Shown here one piece after another: positions 61,252 through 64,000 of a stretch of DNA of 64,000 bases; the first letter of the stretch is position 1; every line of letters begins with the position of its first letter. The stretch is from assembly GCA_016188825.1 (NCBI GenBank), contig JACPHA010000011.1, forward strand, positions 7,427 to 71,426. Direction: 5' to 3'. Source of the stretch: Candidatus Pacearchaeota archaeon. Its GTDB lineage: Archaea; Nanobdellota; Nanobdellia; Pacearchaeales; GW2011-AR1. The notes beneath the pieces are model-generated. The model was not told the origin of the DNA. It ran no database searches and saw only the letters and a list, made by a program, of their open reading frames with translations. A program made the position numbers and the translations under genes.

Positions 61252-61788
61252 CTAATGTATTAATATATACAATTTTTGAAATTTTACTTTAAAATTCAAG
61301 AAAAACTGCTCGAAAATATAATCGTTTTCGATAGGAGAAACAAATATTTGGTTGGCAAGCCATTTCCCGCCCCTTTCTTTTACCATTCCAATCTCTTGAT
61401 TTTTTCCTCTTAATACATTTACGATTTTAACTTTATTTGATGGTTTCAGGGTTGTTAAATCGTACTTAAAAAGACATTTATTTTCAAATTTATAAGTTTC
61501 TGCAAAAGACATTTCTTTTTTTATACTATAACCTTCTCTAAACAGAGCATTAATGATAGAGGGAGGATTAACAAAAAAATCTTCAGGCGACAACAGACTT
61601 ACGTGGAATCCTTCAATGTTTTTAAATTTTTCAGGATTTTTTGTTATTATTGCTATGTCAATGTCTTTGTGAGTTGATTTGCCTTTTATCATAGATCCAA
61701 ATAGGATAATATCCAAAATATCTTTATCTTTCAAAATACCTTTTAGTTTACTTTTTATTTCTGATATAATTTTTAAGTTCATGGGCAT
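61252..61788 (-). CDS. nucleotidyltransferase-domain protein (partner of the upstream HEPN gene)
   Basis: 178 aa. ILFGSMIKGKSTHKDIDIAII carries the GS-x9-DxD NTase motif. Confidence 0.75.
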   Translation of the reverse strand: MPMNLKIISEIKSKLKGILKDKDILDIILFGSMIKGKSTHKDIDIAIITKNPEKFKNIEGFHVSLLSPEDFFVNPPSIINALFREGYSIKKEMSFAETYKFENKCLFKYDLTTLKPSNKVKIVNVLRGKNQEIGMVKERGGKWLANQIFVSPIENDYIFEQFFLNFKVKFQKLYILIH

Positions 61789-62080
61789 AACTTTTCAGTT
61801 TTTCTGCGTCCTCCTTTTTAAGACGCAGATTATAAGATTTTGTGTATAATTGGAAGAACCCAGATACTTTATTATAAATTTCAATAAAATATTTTTGTAA
61901 TAGAGAAAATCTTTCACTATGATTTTTCGGAATTATTTTTATTTCATTATAAATAAAATAATCGCATAATATTACAATTGCTTTAAAAAAGTCACTAACA
62001 GCAACATTAAATCTTTCTTTTTTTATATTTTCTTCTCCAGACAGTAAAAATTCTTCAGCATTTTTTAATAACTCTTCCAT
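61748..62080 (-). CDS. HEPN-domain protein
   Basis: 110 aa. AEEFLLSGEENIKKERFNVAVSDFFKAIVILCDY...PKNHSERFSLL is a HEPN-like pattern. Overlaps the NTase gene. Confidence 0.6.
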   Translation of the reverse strand: MEELLKNAEEFLLSGEENIKKERFNVAVSDFFKAIVILCDYFIYNEIKIIPKNHSERFSLLQKYFIEIYNKVSGFFQLYTKSYNLRLKKEDAEKLKSYAHELKNYIRNKK

Positions 62081-62193
62081 TAATTAATTATAGTATCTAT
62101 AACTTTTTAAATATTTTGGTTAATGCATTAATATTTGTAATATTCGCACAAAATAGAAAATTCAGAAAGAAATTTAAATAGATTTCTTTATAG

Positions 62194-62538
62194 ATGAAGA
62201 TGGAAGATGAGAAAATATCTTTAGAGGAATTTAAAAAACTGGATTTGAGAGTTGGGAGGATTTTAGATTTGAAAGAGCATCCGAATGCAGAAAAGCTTTA
62301 TGTTCTGAAAGTTGATTTTGGAAGTGAAGAAAGAACAATTGTTGCAGGTTTGAGGAAGTGTTATTCTATTTCGGAGCTGAAAGGAAAACAGGCAGTTTTT
62401 GTTTTTAATTTAGAGCCAGCAATGTTGAGGGGAATTAAAAGCGACGGGATGATTTTGGCTGCGAGCAATGAGAATAAGAGTGAGGTTGTTTTTATTGAGC
62501 CTGAAAAAGAAATTGGAGAGGGGAGCAAAATAAGTTAA
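62194..62538 (+). CDS. tRNA-binding domain protein (Trbp111/CsaA/EMAPII-like OB fold)
   Basis: 114 aa. FKKLDLRVGRILDLKEHPNAEKLYVLKVDFGSEERTIVAGL. Confidence 0.85.
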   Translation: MKMEDEKISLEEFKKLDLRVGRILDLKEHPNAEKLYVLKVDFGSEERTIVAGLRKCYSISELKGKQAVFVFNLEPAMLRGIKSDGMILAASNENKSEVVFIEPEKEIGEGSKIS

Positions 62539-62578
62539 GAAACACAAGATTTATATAGATATAGATATAACTATATAC

Positions 62579-62779
62579 ATGGAAACGACGATTGCTGTTA
62601 AATCAAGCACAGCCCAAGTGTTATTAAGGCTGAAAGAAAAATTGAGGGCTAAAAGTGTAGATGAAGCCATAGTGAAAATTTTACAAAAGACAGAAAAAAT
62701 TTCTCTATCAAGATTTGGTTCTAATCCTAAATTAAGGAGTTTTACAGAGAAAGAGAGGGCGAAATTTCATGAGTTATGA
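62579..62779 (+). CDS. VapB-type antitoxin
   Basis: 66-aa ORF overlapping the following PIN gene by 11 nt. Confidence 0.55.
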   Translation: METTIAVKSSTAQVLLRLKEKLRAKSVDEAIVKILQKTEKISLSRFGSNPKLRSFTEKERAKFHEL

Positions 62780-63149
62780 ATATGTTATAGATTCTTATGC
62801 ATGGGTTGAGTATTTTAGAGGAAGTGAAAAGGGTGCGAAAGCCAAGGAGTTTATAGAAAGTGGGAAGGCAGCAACTTCTTCTGTAACCATAGCAGAACTT
62901 TCGGAGAAATATGAAAGAGAAAGTAAAGAATTTGAGGAAGATTTTAATTTTATAATTTTACAGACAAAAATAGTTAACTTAGATATGGGACTAGCAAGAA
63001 AATCCGGAAAAATAAATTTTGAGAATAAGAAAATAATAAAAAATTGGGGCATGGCAGACTCTATAATTTTAGCTGCGGCAAATTTATTTGGGGCGAGAGT
63101 TGTAACAGGAGATGAACACTTTAGAAATCTTAATTCAATTATGATTTAG
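62769..63149 (+). CDS. vapC: PIN-domain toxin (VapC)
   Basis: 126 aa. YVIDSYAWVEYF (first acidic residue), SVTIAELS, MADSIILAAA, VVTGDEHF. Confidence 0.8.
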   Translation: MSYEYVIDSYAWVEYFRGSEKGAKAKEFIESGKAATSSVTIAELSEKYERESKEFEEDFNFIILQTKIVNLDMGLARKSGKINFENKKIIKNWGMADSIILAAANLFGARVVTGDEHFRNLNSIMI

Positions 63150-63356
63150 ACAACGAATAGAAAGAGTTATAACAGACCAATTTAATCTCTCGGCTCTTTA
63201 TTGATCCGCTAACTCCGAGAATCTCTGATTCTCGGGGCGCTCAAGAACCCGCAGTCCGTAAGGGTTCTTGACGTAGTCAACCAACAAAAACAACCGAAGA
63301 ATTTGGTTGGTTTACTATACAGAAATGTTTAAATAGTATAATTATATTGTTTATAC

Positions 63357-63581
63357 ATGATAGAAATTAAAACAAGATTGAGGAGATGGGGAAATTCATT
63401 CGGTGTGGTTTTGCCTATGAAAGCAATTGAAAACGAGAAAGTTAGCGAAGGAGAAGAAGTCGTAATACTCATGAAAAGGAAGAAAAATAATGTTTTAAGA
63501 GAAACATTTGGAACGCTTAGGTTTAGAAAGTCTACTGACCAAATGATGCGAGAGATAGACGAAGAAATTTATGATGACTAA
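63357..63581 (+). CDS. AbrB/SpoVT-type antitoxin
   Basis: 74 aa. TRLRRWGNSFGVVLPMKAIENEKVSEGEEVVI is a swapped-hairpin AbrB/MazE-like motif. Confidence 0.7.
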   Translation: MIEIKTRLRRWGNSFGVVLPMKAIENEKVSEGEEVVILMKRKKNNVLRETFGTLRFRKSTDQMMREIDEEIYDD

Positions 63582-63948
63582 AACGGACGAAGCTTATGTT
63601 TTTGATACATATGCCATTTTGGAAATAATTAAAGGAAGCAAGAATTATGAGCCATATCTTGATTGCAACATAATTATTAATGATTTTATTTTTGCTGAAC
63701 TTTGTTATAAGTTATTCAGAGAAAGCCCGGAGAAGGCAAATTATTATATTGGAAAATATAGTCTTTTTATTATTCACGCATCTCCACAAGTTATTAAAGA
63801 AGCAATGAATTTTAGGGCCAAGAATAAAAATAAGAATTATTCTATGACAGATTGTATTTCTTATTTAATGGCCAAGAGCGCAGGCATAAGATTTCTTACA
63901 GGAGACAGAGGATTTCAAAATTTGGAGGATGTAGAATTGGTTAGGTAA
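63571..63948 (+). CDS. vapC: PIN-domain toxin (VapC)
   Basis: 125 aa. YVFDTYAILEIIKG, FIFAELCY, MTDCISYLMA, FLTGDRGF. Overlaps the antitoxin by 11 nt. Confidence 0.75.
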   Translation: MMTKTDEAYVFDTYAILEIIKGSKNYEPYLDCNIIINDFIFAELCYKLFRESPEKANYYIGKYSLFIIHASPQVIKEAMNFRAKNKNKNYSMTDCISYLMAKSAGIRFLTGDRGFQNLEDVELVR

Positions 63949-64000
63949 ATATTAGGTTTAATATCTCCTTAATAAAAAATCAAAGAAACTGATTTTTTCA

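Overview
AT-rich (roughly one-third GC by eye) archaeal chromosome segment. It carries aIF-1A, TFE, Alba, a histone-fold protein, ribosomal protein S17e, Rpo11/RpoL, tRNA-splicing endonuclease, GatD, RadB, deoxyhypusine synthase and ATP-dependent DNA ligase. The compact genes and reduced content suggest a DPANN-type small-genome archaeon; this is inference only. Core content: four aminoacyl-tRNA synthetases (ProRS, GlyRS, AlaRS, plus a Trbp111-like tRNA-binding protein), GatB and GatD, 6 tRNA genes with no encoded CCA, and polyamine/hypusine genes. Accessory content is dense: nine toxin-antitoxin-type modules (3 RelE/ParE, 1 MazF, 2 VapBC, 3 HEPN/nucleotidyltransferase pairs, one of them decayed), two COG1373 AAA+ ATPase paralogs, a Fic protein with a degenerate catalytic motif, one IS element (DDE transposase plus DUF2080 gene), and a 12-kb type IV pilus-like locus. 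Signals most worth follow-up: (1) a same-strand ATTCG-poly(C) motif that delimits one- or two-gene accessory modules and carries duplicated gene ends, as repeated site-specific integration would leave, with no recombinase visible in the window; (2) two dispersed intergenic repeat families, one a multi-hairpin element and one a palindromic MITE-like element; (3) an AlaRS with a ~120-aa HAD-like domain inserted in its catalytic core and no C-Ala domain; (4) the unusual pilus locus: split TadB/TadC-like platform genes, a FlaH/KaiC-like ATPase with a His/Lys-rich N-terminus, and an 884-aa vWA pilin-like protein. No CRISPR array or rRNA gene was seen. All calls come from reading the translations and sequence by eye; no database search was run.
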